This document shows positions 1-18,600 of a stretch of 64,000 nt of DNA, in pieces. The stretch is from the human T2T-CHM13v2.0 reference genome, Homo sapiens: NCBI RefSeq assembly GCF_009914755.1, contig NC_060942.1, one strand, 5' to 3'. Made by a program: the position numbers and the translations under genes. Every line of letters starts with the position of its first letter. The first letter of the stretch is position 1. Under the pieces are notes generated by a model. The model ran no database searches and was not told the DNA's origin. It saw only the letters and a program-made list of their open reading frames with translations.

Positions 1-284
1 GGCTCACGCCTGTAGTCCCAGCACTTTGGGAGGTTAAGGTGGGAGGATCATTTGAGGTCAGGAGTTCCAGACCAGCCTGGCCAACACAGTGAAACCCTGT
101 CTTTACTAAAAACACAAAAATTAGCTGGGCCTGGTGGTGGGTGCCTGTAATTCCAGCTACTCCAGAGGCAGGAGAATCACTTGAACCCAGGAGGCAGAGG
201 CTGCAGTGAGCTGAGATTATGCCACTGCACTCCAGCCCGGGAGAAAAAGCAAAACTCCATCTCAAAACAAAAAAACAAACAAAC
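1..284 (+). mobile_element. Alu (AluS-type), 5' end cut by window edge
   Basis: Alu dimer consensus (ggctcacgcctgta...gaggtcaggagtt...ccactgcactccagcc) with A/AC-rich tail. Confidence 0.95.
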
Positions 285-403
285 TTGTAGAGACAGGATC
301 TTGCTCTGTTGCCCAGGCTGTTCTTAAACTCCTGGCCTCAAGCAGACTTCCTGAGTTGGCCTCCCAAAATGGTGGGATTACAGGCATAAGCCACCCCACC
401 CAG
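285..403 (-). mobile_element. Alu left monomer (FLAM/AluJ fragment)
   Basis: tgtagagacagg...gcccaggctg...gggattacaggcataagccac; directly abuts the + strand Alu. Confidence 0.85.
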
Positions 404-1182
404 ACTCCTCACAGTTTTTAAATGCCTTGAAAAATGATAAAGAATAAGAGCCAGCTTATAAAGCACTCCCAGAACAATTCATTCAGTTTCTAAAAATGTA
501 TTTTTTAGCGCATTACAAGCAAATGGTTTAAGATTACAAATAGTGTTAAAAAGGTTTACATGAAGAACCAATAGTTCCTCTTTTCCTCTGTCTTTTCTCA
601 GAGGCAACCACTTTCAACTCTTTATGCTCATTCTTCTGGTAATTGCATCATATTTCTGTATTTTATATTTCTCTAATAAACATTATACAATTGCTCTTGT
701 TTTTTTATCCAGTTTGTTAATCTCTGTCTTTTAATCTATTTACATTTAATGTAATTATTGATTTGGTTGGCTTTAAAGGTAACGTTTTGCTATTTGTTTT
801 CCATTATCCCATTTTAAAGAATTGTTTTCCTTCTGTCCTGACTTCTTCTGGAATAAATTATATTTTTAAGTCCCTTTTTTTTTGTCTCCTCTATTGAATT
901 TTTAGCTACATATCTTTGTTTTTTTTTTTTTGGGGTGGGGGGCATCCTTAACTTGTCATACCTTGAATTAATACAGTATTAATACAGTACCACTTTATGT
1001 ATAATGTAAGAATGTTTCAATAGTAGTAAACTTTCATGTGCCCATCTTTGCTATTTTCTATACATTCACTACACGTATTACACCTCTCATCTTTGCTATT
1101 TACTATACATTTACTACATGCAAAGACATGTTTTACTTCTATGTATGCTACAAACTCATAATTGATATTATTTTTGCCTTAA

Positions 1183-1505
<323 letters not shown>

Positions 1506-2110
1506 CCAAGAAATTTTAAAATAAGGAAAAATGTATTTTATATTTATTCACATAAGAGTCATATATTTACTATTGCCAGGGCTCTTTATTCCTCTGTCTA
1601 GATCTGTTTCCATCTGGATAACTTCCTTCCAATGTGAAGAACTTTGACATTTTGAGCTGGGTGATTAGAAAAAGAAAGAAAAACTAAATGTGAAGGACTT
1701 TCTGTATTTCTTGTAGTGTAAGTCTTCTGGTCATAAATTCTCACAAATTTTGTTTGTCTGAAAATATTTTACCTATTTTTTAAAGGATATTTTCACTGGA
1801 TATAAAATTCTAGGTTGTCAGGTTTTGTCTTTAAGTGCTTTATTCCATTCCATTGTCTTCTGAGTTACCTTATTGGTTATGATAAATTGTTTACCCTTTG
1901 TTATCATGTATCATTGTCTTCTCCCACTCTAGTTGCTTTTAAGATTTTTTTCTGTATCTTGAGTTCATAGCAAATTGATCTTGATGGACCTAGGTGTAAT
2001 CTTCTTTGTTTTTATTCAGATTGGGGTTTATGGAGATTCTTAGATATCTAGGCTGACATTTTTCACTAAATTTAGAAAATTTTGGCCATTCTATATTCAA
2101 AATTTTTTTC

Positions 2111-2404
2111 AGACTGGGCATTGTTGCTCATACCTATAATTCCAGCCCTTTGTGGGGGTGAGGTGGGAGGATTGCTTGAAGCCAGGAGTTCAAGACCAGC
2201 CTGGGCAACATGGCAAGAAACTGTTTCTACAAAAAATTTAAAAAATTAGCTGGGCATGGTTGAGCACACCTATAGTCCTAGGTACTTGGGAGGCTGAGGC
2301 AAGAGGATTGGTTGAATTCAAGAGTTCGAGGCTGCAGTAATCTATGATTGCACCATTGTGCTCCAGTCTGAGTGATACAGTGAGACCCCATCTCTTAAAA
2401 AAAA
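2111..2404 (+). mobile_element. AluJ
   Basis: Diverged dimer with J-type ggaggattgcttga and gaggctgcag motifs. Confidence 0.9.
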
Positions 2405-3967
2405 TTATTTCTTGATCTTTCTTCTATAGCCAAGGCTCCAATTAGCTGTATGTTAGATCACTTGGTATTGCCCGCAGGTCATTAAAACTGTGTTCATGTC
2501 TTTCAGTCTTTTTTTTCCTCTGTTTTGTATTGATAGTTTCTATTGACCTGTCATCCATTCACTAATACCTTACTTTGTAGTTTCCAATATACTGTTAAGC
2601 CCATCCAGTTGAGTTTTCGCTTCAGAATTGATATTAATTTCTTTTCAGTTCTAGAATTTCCACTTGGTTAACTTTTATAGTTTTCCTTTTTTATATGGTA
2701 ATTTCACCCATCTCTTCATTCATTGTGTCAATCTTTTTGTTTATAATCTTTAAACATATCTATAATAGCTATTTTAAAAAGATTTGCCTGCCATTTCCAA
2801 CATCTATGTCATCTCTGCATTTGTTTCTGTAGATTTTCCTCCCAGATTATGTGTCACACTTTCCTGTCTCTTAACATACCTCATAACTTGATGATTTACT
2901 GGGTATTATGTACTGTATTTATTGATAATCTGGATTTGTTATTTTCTTTTAAAGTGCATTGAATTTTGTTCTGGAAAGAAGTTATTTTCTGGTGGATCAG
3001 TCTGATCATATTAAGGCTTACTTTAAGTTTTTGTTAGGACACTCTTAAGGCTAGAGTAGCCATTTTTCCTATGGCTTTCTGGAGTCTCAACTGAATACTT
3101 GGGATTTAAGTGAAATACCTCCAGTCTGGCTGGTTAGAACTCTAATTCTTCCCGCATTGTCCAGTTTCCAGAACTTCTCTGATTAGTTCACATATTCCCA
3201 GAACTGTTCTCTGCCATACTTGGCAAAATCTTTCCCTGTGCATGTATGACTTAATATTCAGCTGAAGATGAAAGGAGATGCCTATGCAGATTTATGGAGC
3301 TTCTCCTCTGCACAGTGGCTTCCTCTCTGTTATCCTTCCAAGCAAGTCCTAGTTGCTGCCTCAACAGCCCTGTTCTCCAATCTGTTTCCTTCACCCAGAA
3401 AGATGGTTGCTTTCTATTTGGCTCCACTTCCCTTGGCCTTGGGTTGGGAAGTATTCCCAGGCAGAAAACTGGGATGAATGTGGAGCTTGCCTTGTGTATT
3501 TCCCTTCTCTCAAGGACCACATCCTTGTGATATTGTTTGTCTGATGCCTAGAAAGAGTTACATCATATATTTTGTTTATTTTTATAGTTTTATAAGACTA
3601 TAGAATAAGTCTAAAATTTTTTATTCTGTGTGACAGAAATGGAAGTCTGTTTTTTACATTCATATTTCTAAGTAATATGAATATCATTAATTCATCAATT
3701 TTAAACATTAACTATTGGCTTCTTATGGAATAATAGCTCATTTAAACTCCTTTTTCCCTCTCTTTATTCTCATAATATAATTACATTCCTATTCTGATAA
3801 TATTCATTTTCAGATTTTTGTTTTTATGGATTTGTAAACCCTGTCCCCTGCTAAGCCAAATTGAGCACTCTGATCATGTTGCCTTTCCTGTCCAAATTTT
3901 TTTTTTCCTGGAGTTAATATCCGGCTGGTGTATTCTATCTGCCTAATTCTTAAAAAATGCCTAAGTT

Positions 3968-4268
<301 letters not shown>

Positions 4269-4379
4269 AGCCTAAGTTTTCTCTCACTCATTCACTTTTT
4301 TTTTTCTCACTTCGTTTCATATATAGGAACCTCATTCCCTCTCTTCTAAGTGTGTCTCTTGATAATATTTTCTATTAGA

Positions 4380-4900
4380 GCCTTTGACTTTCTGTTTCCA
4401 TCTGCAATGATTACTCAGTTGGCCTGTGGTTTTACAGCTGATGTCCTGGAGCTCCTCATGACTCTCATCCTGAGACTTTCCTTCCTCCTCTTCTCTGCTG
4501 GATTCCCTGCTTGTTGGCTCCATGTTTCACTTTATTTTGATGTACTTCTTCAGTTTTGTGGAACATACACTCCAGTACCTTCCCAAGAAAGGGTGCATGG
4601 GAAGTACATTTGTTTTTTAGTCTCCTTAAACATCTAAAATATGTCTTTATTTTACTCTTACACTTGATTAGTGGTTGGCTACATATAAAATTCTAGGTAG
4701 AAAATATACTCAGAATTGTGAGGTTATTACTTCACTATACTCCAGCATCCAATGATGCTATTAAAAATGTTGATTCCAGTCTCAAATGATTCCTTAAATA
4801 TTACCTATATTTTCTCTTTGGAAGTTTTTAGAATCTTTTTTTCATTTATTAGTGAAATTTGATGATAATGTGTCCTGCTGTGGGTCCTTCTTCATTCTTT
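4380..4900 (-). mobile_element. Old L1M fragment (antisense)
   Basis: L1-like text tctaaaatatgtctttattttactc...atataaaattctaggt. Confidence 0.55.
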
Positions 4901-4933
4901 TTTCTTCTTCTTTTGTTTTTTAATTTATTTTTA

Positions 4934-5683
<750 letters not shown>

Positions 5684-5985
5684 GGCACTGGATTTTTTAA
5701 TCCAGAGACTCATGTCCTTCAAATTTTCTTGTATTATTTCTTTGATAATTTCCTCCTTTCCATTTTCTTTTTTAACTATTTCTGGACTTCCTTGTATTTG
5801 GAAGTAGAACTTCCTGGATAGAGCTTCTTTTGTTTGGTTTCTCCAGAAAAGGAATCTCTAGTTTCATCACAAAGAGTGATCAGGTAGAGGTATGGTGATG
5901 GTTTGCCTGACTGCAGCGTAGAGGTTGGAACTTGGCTATTTCTTACATAACCTTCCAAACATAGCACTACTCTCTTACACCTATC

Positions 5986-6278
5986 TTTTTTTTTTTTTTT
6001 TTTTGAGACAGAGTTTCCCTCGTTGCCCAGGCTGGAGTGCAATGTCGTGATCTTGGCTCACTGCAACCTCCCAGGTTCAAGCAATTCTTCTGCTTCAGCC
6101 TCCCAAGTAGCTGAGATTACAGGCGCCTGCCACCACGCCCAGCTAATTTTTGTATTTTAGGCAGAGACAGGGTTTCACCATGTTGGCCAGGCTGGTCTCA
6201 AACTCCTGACCTCAGGCAATCCACTTGCCTTGGCCTCCCAAAGTGCTGGGATTACAGACGTGAGCTACCACACCCGGC
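5986..6278 (-). mobile_element. AluS
   Basis: Poly-T plus antisense Alu; TSD ctcttacac(c/t)tatctt. Confidence 0.95.
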
Positions 6279-6603
6279 TCTTACACTTATCTTCTGTATT
6301 AATTGCTGCCTGTACTTGAGCATTTCAGGAATTTTGCAAAATAAATGGACTGTGTCTGATCCTATTTTCATACCTTACTAATAGTTAGGCTGACCTTCCT
6401 CCTTTGTTTTGAATCAGTTATCATTTCTCCATCAGTTTTAGTTCTTCCTACATTTGGGGAAGGGGTTTCAGATATTTTAGTTTCATTGAATTTCTAATTT
6501 TGTGTTAATTTCTTGTTTTCATTGTTTTGGAATTTTACTTATTTATATTTTGAGAAGAGCAGCAAATGGAAATGTCTTTACTCTGCCACCTTGGAATCCA
6601 ATT

Positions 6604-6931
6604 CTTTTCTTTTCTTTTTTTTTTTTTTTTGACAGAATCTCGCTCTGTCGCCCAGGCTGGAGTGCAGTGGCATGATCTTGGCTCACTGCAACATCTGCCT
6701 CCTGGGTTCTGCAACATCTGCCTCCTGGGTTCTAGCGATTCTCCTGCCTCAGCCTCCCAAGTAGCTGAGACTATAGGCGCATGCCACCATGCCCAGTTAA
6801 TTTTTGTATTTTTTAGTAGAGATGGGGTTTCGCCATATTGTCCAAGCTGGTCTTGAATTCCTGACCTTGTGATCCACCCGTCTCGGCCTCCCAAAGTGCT
6901 GGGATTACAGGCGTGAGTCACCGCGCCCCGC
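6604..6931 (-). mobile_element. AluS with internal 23-bp tandem duplication
   Basis: TSD tggaatccaattcttt; ctgcaacatctgcctcctgggtt present twice (6686-6731). Confidence 0.95.
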
Positions 6932-6953
6932 TGGAATCCAATTCTTTAAAACT

Positions 6954-7026
6954 GGATCGCGCCACTGTGCTCCAGCCTGGCAACAGAGCGAGACTCTGTC
7001 TCAAAAAATAAAAAAATAAAAAAAAA
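6954..7026 (+). mobile_element. Severely 5'-truncated Alu (3' end plus tail)
   Basis: gatcgcgccactgtgctccagcctggcaacagagcgagactctgtctc followed by A tail. Confidence 0.85.
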
Positions 7027-7037
7027 GTATGGATTTC

Positions 7038-7330
7038 AGCTGGCTGTGGTGGCTCAAGCCTGTACTCTCAACACTTTGAAAGGCCGAGGTCACCTGAGGT
7101 CAGGAGTTCGAGACCAATCTGGCCAACATGATGAAACCCCATCTCTTCTAAAAATGCAAAAAAAAATTAGCTGGGTGTGGGGGCATGCATCTGTAATCCC
7201 AGCTACTGGGGAGGCTGAGGCAGAAGAATCATTTGAACCCAGGAGGTGGAGGTTGCAGTGGATCTGAAATTGTGCCACTGCACTCCAGCCTGGGTGACAG
7301 AGCAAGACTCCATCTAAAAAAAAAAAAAAA
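7038..7330 (+). mobile_element. AluS
   Basis: Alu dimer with poly-A. Confidence 0.92.
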
Positions 7331-7469
7331 TCTTTGAATTTCTCCCCCTGCCTCCTTCCTGCCTCTTCCTTCCTCCCAGATCTCAAATCCTAGTGATCAA
7401 ATTACTCATACCCCTCAGTTCTTCATTGTTTGTGTAAGGCCTCTGTCTTCACATTGGTGAAGCATGGTA

Positions 7470-8360
7470 GTGGAGACAAAAGAAACCAAACAAACTAACA
7501 AACAAATCAATATCTCATTACAGAAACCAACACTATGAAACCAATGAACTTGATGCTGTGCAAGAGAGCAAAGGGGGTGGGTTGGGGAAGTATTTAGATA
7601 GGACAGCCAGGGAGGGCCTCTCTGAAGAAATACCATTGACCTTCAGACTTGAAAAGGAGTTGGCCCTTTGAAAGAGGAAGAAAGCATGTTTGAAGAACAG
7701 AGAGGAAGCCAGTGAGGCTGGAGTGTAGTTGACAGGGAAGAGTGTGGCTCCGACGAGCCTGTGGAGAGGTGGGCAGGGGCTCAGCTACACAGGGGCTTTT
7801 AAGGCCGCTGAGAACTTGAGCTTTTATCTGAAGTGCAATGGAAAGCCACTGGCAGTGGTGGTGGGGTGGTGGGTAGGGTGGTTAAGTGGGGGAGTGACAT
7901 TGCTTCTATAGTCATAGTTTTAAAAGTATCCCTGCACATGAGGCATGCAAAGCACATTGCGGGGTGCAGGTAAGAGTTGAAGTCAGGGAAACAGGGGGGA
8001 TCTTGCAGCAGTTCAGGTGGGAGATGATGGTAGCTCTGACTGAGCAGGGGTGAAGCAGTGAAGATGGGGAGAAATGGATGCAGTCGGGATTTATTTTGTA
8101 CTTTATTTTTTTAATTTTTAATTTTATTAATTTATTTTTATTTGTAAAGATGGGGTCTCACTATGTTGCCCAGGCTGCTCTTGAACTCCTGATCTCAAGT
8201 GATCCTCCCAAAGTGCTGGCCTCAGCCTCTCAAAGTACTGGGATTATAGGCGTGAGCCACCGCAGCTGGCAAGGATTTATTTTGGAGGTAGACCAAGCAG
8301 GATTTGGGATGGACTGGATGTGAGGAGTGAGGGAGAGGAACAGAGGAATTTATAGACAGC
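7470..8360 (-). mobile_element. L2 fragment (antisense) with FLAM insert at ~8105-8268
   Basis: Purine-rich L2 text: agggagggcctctctgaag, gaggaagccagtgaggctggagtg, gtgcaatggaaagccactg. Confidence 0.7.
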
Positions 8361-8609
8361 ATGCATGTGAACCTGTAATCATCTCCCCAGACCCCTGCAA
8401 CTAACATCTGAGATATTGGTTTCTTTACACTGTACTCTGAGACGGCTGTCCTAGCGTAGCATCCACATGCATCTGTGCTGAGGGGGTGGCGGCTCTCTGA
8501 AGTTCTTAGACAGGAAGTGGGATTTTTGAAAAGAGGCCTACACTTGTTTCAGGCCATTTCTCCCAGGTTGTGGGAAAAAAAAGTGACAATAGTTAAAATG
8601 AAGATGATA

Positions 8610-8790
8610 ATTAATAATAACAATTATAGCTAACACTTGCTGAGCTCTTATTATGAGCCGGGCACCCACAGCCACGCTATGAGAGGCCAAGTATCTTGCC
8701 CTAAGTCACACGGGTAGCAAGGCGACAAGGCAGGACAGCCCCCAGGTGGCCTGGCCCTAGAATCTGCTGTTTTTACCACCGTGCTATTAA
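8610..8790 (-). mobile_element. MIR (partial)
   Basis: aataacaattatagctaacacttgctgag...cttgccctaagtcacac. Confidence 0.6.
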
Positions 8791-8866
8791 GCTGGCTCTG
8801 AATGTAGGCAGATGCCCTTTGTTGGGCATTGCCATCCAGCATACTTTTTGGATGCAGAACCAGTAA

Positions 8867-9190
<324 letters not shown>

Positions 9191-10359
9191 CTAGAACCAA
9201 AACAACCATCATGCTAACACCAAGCAAACAATAAAAACTTGAAAATGTGAAAAGGGCCTATGCTGGCCAGGCCTAAGAAGTGAGGATGTCTGTGACAGGC
9301 CTGAGGTCACCACTGGCTCTTCTTGAGCTGGGTAGGTCACTTAGCCCATCGCTGTAACTTTGGCTCGGGCACTTCTCCTGCCTGGGACTGAGAGGAGTCA
9401 GCTCCTAAACCTCCTCGCTGGGAGCTAATGATTAACTGGCTCTATCTCTGCCCCTCCTGCGCCTTCCTCTCTACCCATACTCAGACACAGGACAGTCTGG
9501 GCCACCACCAACCTTGGACACCACCAATCTATGGCAAGGCTATACGTTTTTAATTACAAGGAGATACCTTTATCTCTGGCCAGATGTTTTCTCCATTAAT
9601 TTACACCTTCTCTTATCTTTTGCATCTATTGTCTCCCTGTGACGAACGTCCATCCAGCATGTGCCTGTGCTGCCACTGCCTCTGCAGGCCCCTGTCCCTC
9701 GGCTGACCCCTCGGGGGCCTCATTTATCTCCCTGCTGGCCCTCCTTATGCCTGACCCTGTCCAGGCTCGCTTTGATCTGTCCCTTGCTCCTCTCTGCCTT
9801 CACCTAGAGTTCTCCTTTCTCCTTTTCAGGCAACGTCCCTGCCCATTCCAGGAATTCTCCTGACTCCAGGGCATGGTGTTTCTGGGAGCTGGGCCTCTTT
9901 GTCCCTCCAAGAGGACAGGAAAGCAAGCAGGGGAAGTGGCCGTTTGCATAGCCAGAGGAATGGGACTAGAGAAAACAGACAGGGCGGGTCTCCTGGGTTC
10001 CCAATCAAAGGAAAAGAGGGTCAGAGCAGGGAGGCAGGAGGCCAGGGGCTCTGCAGGGTTGGCTCTATTTAACTTACTCCTTCTGCAAGCAGTCACTTAT
10101 GAGGTGCCTACTGTGTGCAAGGTGTGGCATGACGGGGCTGAGATACAAATTTGGAGACCTGGTCTGATGGCTGGCTAACCCCTCCCTGACCCTGGACACT
10201 GCAATGAGCTGAGGCCGGGGAAGAGACTTGGCCTTGGCAGGTGGAAAGCTGCCTGGGCACCCACGTGGTGGCCCTTGGTGGGGGCAACTGGAGCAGGAGG
10301 GAGTTGACATGTAAAGGAGCCAGCACCAGATGCCCGGCTCTGTCTGGTTAAGGCAGATG

Positions 10360-10668
10360 TTTTCTTTTCTGCTTTTCTTTTTGTTTGATACAGAGTCTTG
10401 CTTTGTCACCCAGGCTGGAGTGCAGTGGCGCAATCTCGGCTTACTGCAACCCCTACCTCCTGGATTCAAGCGATTCTCCTGCCTCAGCCTCCTGAGTAGC
10501 TGAGATTACAGGTGTGTGCCACCATGACTGGCTAATTTTTATATTTTTAGTAGAGACGGGGTTTCACTACGTTGACCAGGCTGGTCTCGAACTCCTGACC
10601 TCAAGTGATTCACCTGCCTCGGCCTCCCAAAGTGCTAGGATTACAGGTGTGAGCCACTGCACCCGGCC
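10360..10668 (-). mobile_element. AluSx-like
   Basis: Full antisense Alu with T-rich tail. Confidence 0.95.
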
Positions 10669-11289
10669 TGGGCCGACATTTTCTAACTTGGTTCTGACTT
10701 GGCCTGAGGTAGCCCTCCAACACTTCTGTTAACCTGCCTGTTTTCAGCCTGCTGCTAAGCATAACTGTTGAAACCCACAGAGATTTCTGTGTCTCCTTTT
10801 TTCTCTAGGTGTCTCTTCAGGCTGGAATTTCTCCCCAAAATGCTAGCACTGGGCTGGTCCTGGGCATTCTGCCATCTACAGCAAATAGAAAAGGAAAATG
10901 TGTCCTTACTGTCGCCACCAATGTTTGCTGTGGCCCTTGGGGGAAGGGTGGGCCCCAGCGGCTGCCGGACACACCTGCTGGATAGAGGGAGGAGTCCAGC
11001 GCTCAGGTGGGAGCCATCCAGGTGGCCTGGGAAGGCCAAGCGCCAGACCCCCTTGCTGGTGCATGAGGAAAGACAGGCACTACCAAGGCTTCCGAGGACT
11101 GCCAGGCAGCTTTGCACGGCATCCCAGGTCTCATTTGCAGGGAAAAAGCTTGAGAATAAAAAAACAAAAATCAAAACTGAACTCTGGAAAGATACATACA
11201 CAATTGTCACCAGTGGATGCCTTAGAGGAGGTTGACGGAGTGGGTGGGAGGCGGTGCAGTCCTTTGAGAGGACTTTGGCTCTTGTTTTG

Positions 11290-12110
<821 letters not shown>

Positions 12111-12628
12111 AATCCTCTCCTTTGCCTGGCCTGTATTCCCTCCTGAATATACGGGAATAGAAGCCATGGAAGGAAAGGAGTTGCCTTGGGTGCCTGGCAT
12201 CAGTCCTCCCACATTGTCAACAAACCATGTGGAAGGAATGGAAAAAAGGGAAAAAGAAAAGGAGAGCAAATATTTGCCTAAAGCTATCTGAGCAGCTCTT
12301 GGGCTTCCAAGGGCCAAGTGGTCTCTACAGTTTGGGAAAGTGGGTCAAAGAAGTGTTGGGGTCGTCACGAGTGCCATGATTCCTGTGGATTCTCATCTTG
12401 GCGTTTGGGGTCTCTAGCCTCATTTTTAAAGTTGTAAAGCTCTTATAATAATGTAACGCTTTTATAAAATGACGAACAAGAGTGTATCACAGAGATGTAA
12501 GGATAAAGAAGGTGCTTTAGGTGTGTGTTTCTGAACAAATTCTAGGATAGGTGCTATACAAGAGTAAGGTACTATTCCAGGGGCCAAAGCCACCTCAGTG
12601 AGCCAGCTTCATTTTCTCGGCCGTCTTA

Positions 12629-13780
<1,152 letters not shown>

Positions 13781-14004
13781 CTGGACATGTATTAATATTT
13801 AAAAGGATAACAAATCAGGGAGTTTTTTGTATTTTTTTAAACACAGGGTCTTGCTCTGTTTCAGAGAACTGTTGTTCTTGAAAAAAAACCAAAAACCAAA
13901 AAAAACAAAAAGAACTCCCTTATTTGAAAATTTCCAGGGATTTATCCTAATGATGACTTGAAAAATCATTTATGGAGGGATATGATTATTTTTGAAAGAA
14001 TATA

Positions 14005-14433
<429 letters not shown>

Positions 14434-14643
14434 TAATGTACTTCATAATCCCCTTACATATAAGCCAATGAGGTTGTTTCATTTTTTAAATATGTCAGGT
14501 ATAGAACCCTCACAACTTTACACATCCACAGTAGGTTTCCAACTAGATGGATGGAATTAGTGGGAAGTGTGGTGGATAAACCTCTCAAGGGGTAGGTCAG
14601 AGACAGGACTGGTTAAAGGCGGGAGATTTTCAAGCATATTAAC

Positions 14644-14667
14644 CACACACACACACACACACACACA
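14644..14667. repeat. (CA)n microsatellite
   Basis: Run of about 11 CA units. Confidence 0.9.
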
Positions 14668-14844
14668 GTCACATGACGTCCAATTCAGGAAGATATATTT
14701 TCAAACCAAAAATCAGGATAGATAGTACGAGAAATACAAATGGCCCTGGGGAACAATGGAATAGAATCTTTACCACGTGGAACTGCCTTGGACTCTCCAT
14801 GGCCTCTTGACATTCTCCCGTGGCTGTGACTCCCATGTTTCTGA

Positions 14845-15222
<378 letters not shown>

Positions 15223-16379
15223 CCATTTCTTTCTCTTAGTCTATTCCAGTAGCTTCTTCCTGGTCCTTGGGTAGGTTACCCATTGGGCTCTGTCTACTAA
15301 AACAATCACAAGTTAGTTATTTAGTGGGACACATCTAACTCCTCTTCAAATCCCCCAGCTCCTAGTATAGGGTTTGATCCAGAACAAGCAGTCAATCAGT
15401 GTTTGTTGAATGAGATTGAATTAGCGTGGGTGAGAATTAGCAATGTTCTCCTACTTCCTGAGCCACCTGGATCAATACCTCCTGGAGTGCCTCAGCCCAG
15501 ACAACCAGGCTGGCCCTGCAGATGGCCTTAGCCTCCTGTCCCTGTGGGTGCGCGGCTGGCTGCCTTCTTCCCCACGTGGATGCAGGCCTGGCTTTGGGAA
15601 GCGTCCAGCCGGGCCCTGCTTGAAGGCCGCGGCTCCACTGGGCACATGTGGATTGCCCTGAAGCAGCATTTTCCCAAGGTTTGGCTGTGCTAATTATTCC
15701 TTCCCCTCCTACTGTTAAAACCTTGGACTAGAAAATGAAATCAGGGAGGGGGCATGGAAGGGCAGCTGGGAAGGAAAGGAGTTAATAAGCAGAACAAGGT
15801 CACCCATCTGCTGCCGCTTTCCACACTCCCTTATCTGTGACGCCATCCGCTCCAAGGTCCCCTCTTTTCATTAAAACTGTTGAATTACCCAAAATGATAA
15901 AATTAACTAAATTTTTACTGGCCTTCTGTCTTAGACATAACAGAGCTCGCTTTGATACTGCAGCTGTCCTGATGGGCTGTGCTTCTCTCCTCCCTGTAGC
16001 TCCTAAGAGGAAAAGCAGCGGCCGGTGGAGAGGCTATGGGACTAATCTGGCCCCCGTCCCCCACCTGGGCAGGCAGACTGTGAGTGTCTGCAAGGGTCTG
16101 TTTCCTGGGCAGGTGAGAGACAGGCCTGCCAGCTCATGCTCTCTGACAGGGCTGTGACAATACCTTGTCATTCCACACCTCTGCAGGGGAGAGGGGATGA
16201 GATGGCCAGGCTTCCCAAAGCCAGGAAGCCAGAGTGTCTGGAAGATCATGTGGCCTCTGTGAAGCCCCTGCATCGTCCGTGTACCAGGAGGAGAAGCAGA
16301 GGAATGTACAGGCAAACCCTGCCCTCGACAGAGGTGCTGGGCTGGAAGGGAAAGAGCATGTTGCCACTGGGTCAGGTAA

Positions 16380-16545
16380 AATCTAGTTGTTGTGTGATCC
16401 TGAGCACTGAAATCCAGTGAGTCTCAATTTCTTCAACGGTGAAATAAGAACAGTAACCACTATGTCAAAGGACTAAAGGAAATAACATATTAGATTCCAG
16501 CCCCTGCTTGGCAGATAGTGGGTGCTCAGGTAATGTTTGTTTGAC
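16380..16545 (+). mobile_element. MIR fragment
   Basis: tgtgtgatcctgagc...agtctcaatttcttc...gtgctcaggtaatgttt. Confidence 0.55.
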
Positions 16546-16778
16546 CAATTATTCCTAAACAGACCCACCATATTAATGTAACCACCAAGGCCACAGCAAG
16601 AAACCAAAACAAAAAGTAAAAGTAGGGGAAAGGCTGATATTTAAATTCCTTCAGGATACTTTAAAAAACACAAATGAAAGTATTATAAATGCTGTTATGA
16701 GTTTTCTACTTTTCAATCTAGTGATACATCTTGGAGATCGTTTTAAATTAGTACCTAGAGATTTGCCTCATTCTTTTA

Positions 16779-17258
<480 letters not shown>

Positions 17259-17544
17259 TTAATAAACAACTTGGGTAAAAATATGGAAGGCACATTTTTC
17301 CGTTTTGCTGAAAGGTAAAACTAGTACAATTGGTGGACAGAGTTCTATGTGTATCTCCATGAGACTATCATTCATATAGTCTCATTTATATACAAATTAT
17401 ATTTATCACTTACATATTGAGTACCTACTGCAGTGTATAGGGAGTCTAGAGTCTCAGGACAGGGGATGAGCTTGAAGTTCTCCAGGTGTCGTGATATATG
17501 TCTGTGATGTAGATTGTGGCATGGATGTCCAGTGATACATTTCA

Positions 17545-17877
<333 letters not shown>

Positions 17878-17900
17878 TCCTCTACTTGGCTAGATTTTCA

Positions 17901-18307
<407 letters not shown>

Positions 18308-18400
18308 CTATTTGTGTGGATGGTAATGTCACCCTGTTGTCACATAGTGAGTTTACAGTTGTCAGAAACCCCTAGGGTAAGTGGGTTGCTTGTTTTTTCA

Positions 18401-18600
18401 GGAATAGCTGTTAAACCAACTGATCCTTATTCTGTTCTACATAAGCTTGTACTTTTCAACCTCAGTGTAGGGTGTTTGTGAGTTTTTCCCAAAATAGCTA
18501 TTAGGAATAGCTATTAAACCAACTGATCCTTATTCTGTTCTACGTAAGCATGTATTTTTCAACCTCAGGGCAGGATGTTTGTGTTTTCCCCCCAATAGTT
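18401..18600. repeat. 103-bp tandem duplication (2 copies)
   Basis: ggaatagct(g/a)ttaaaccaactgatccttattctgttctac... starts at 18401 and at 18504. Confidence 0.92.
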
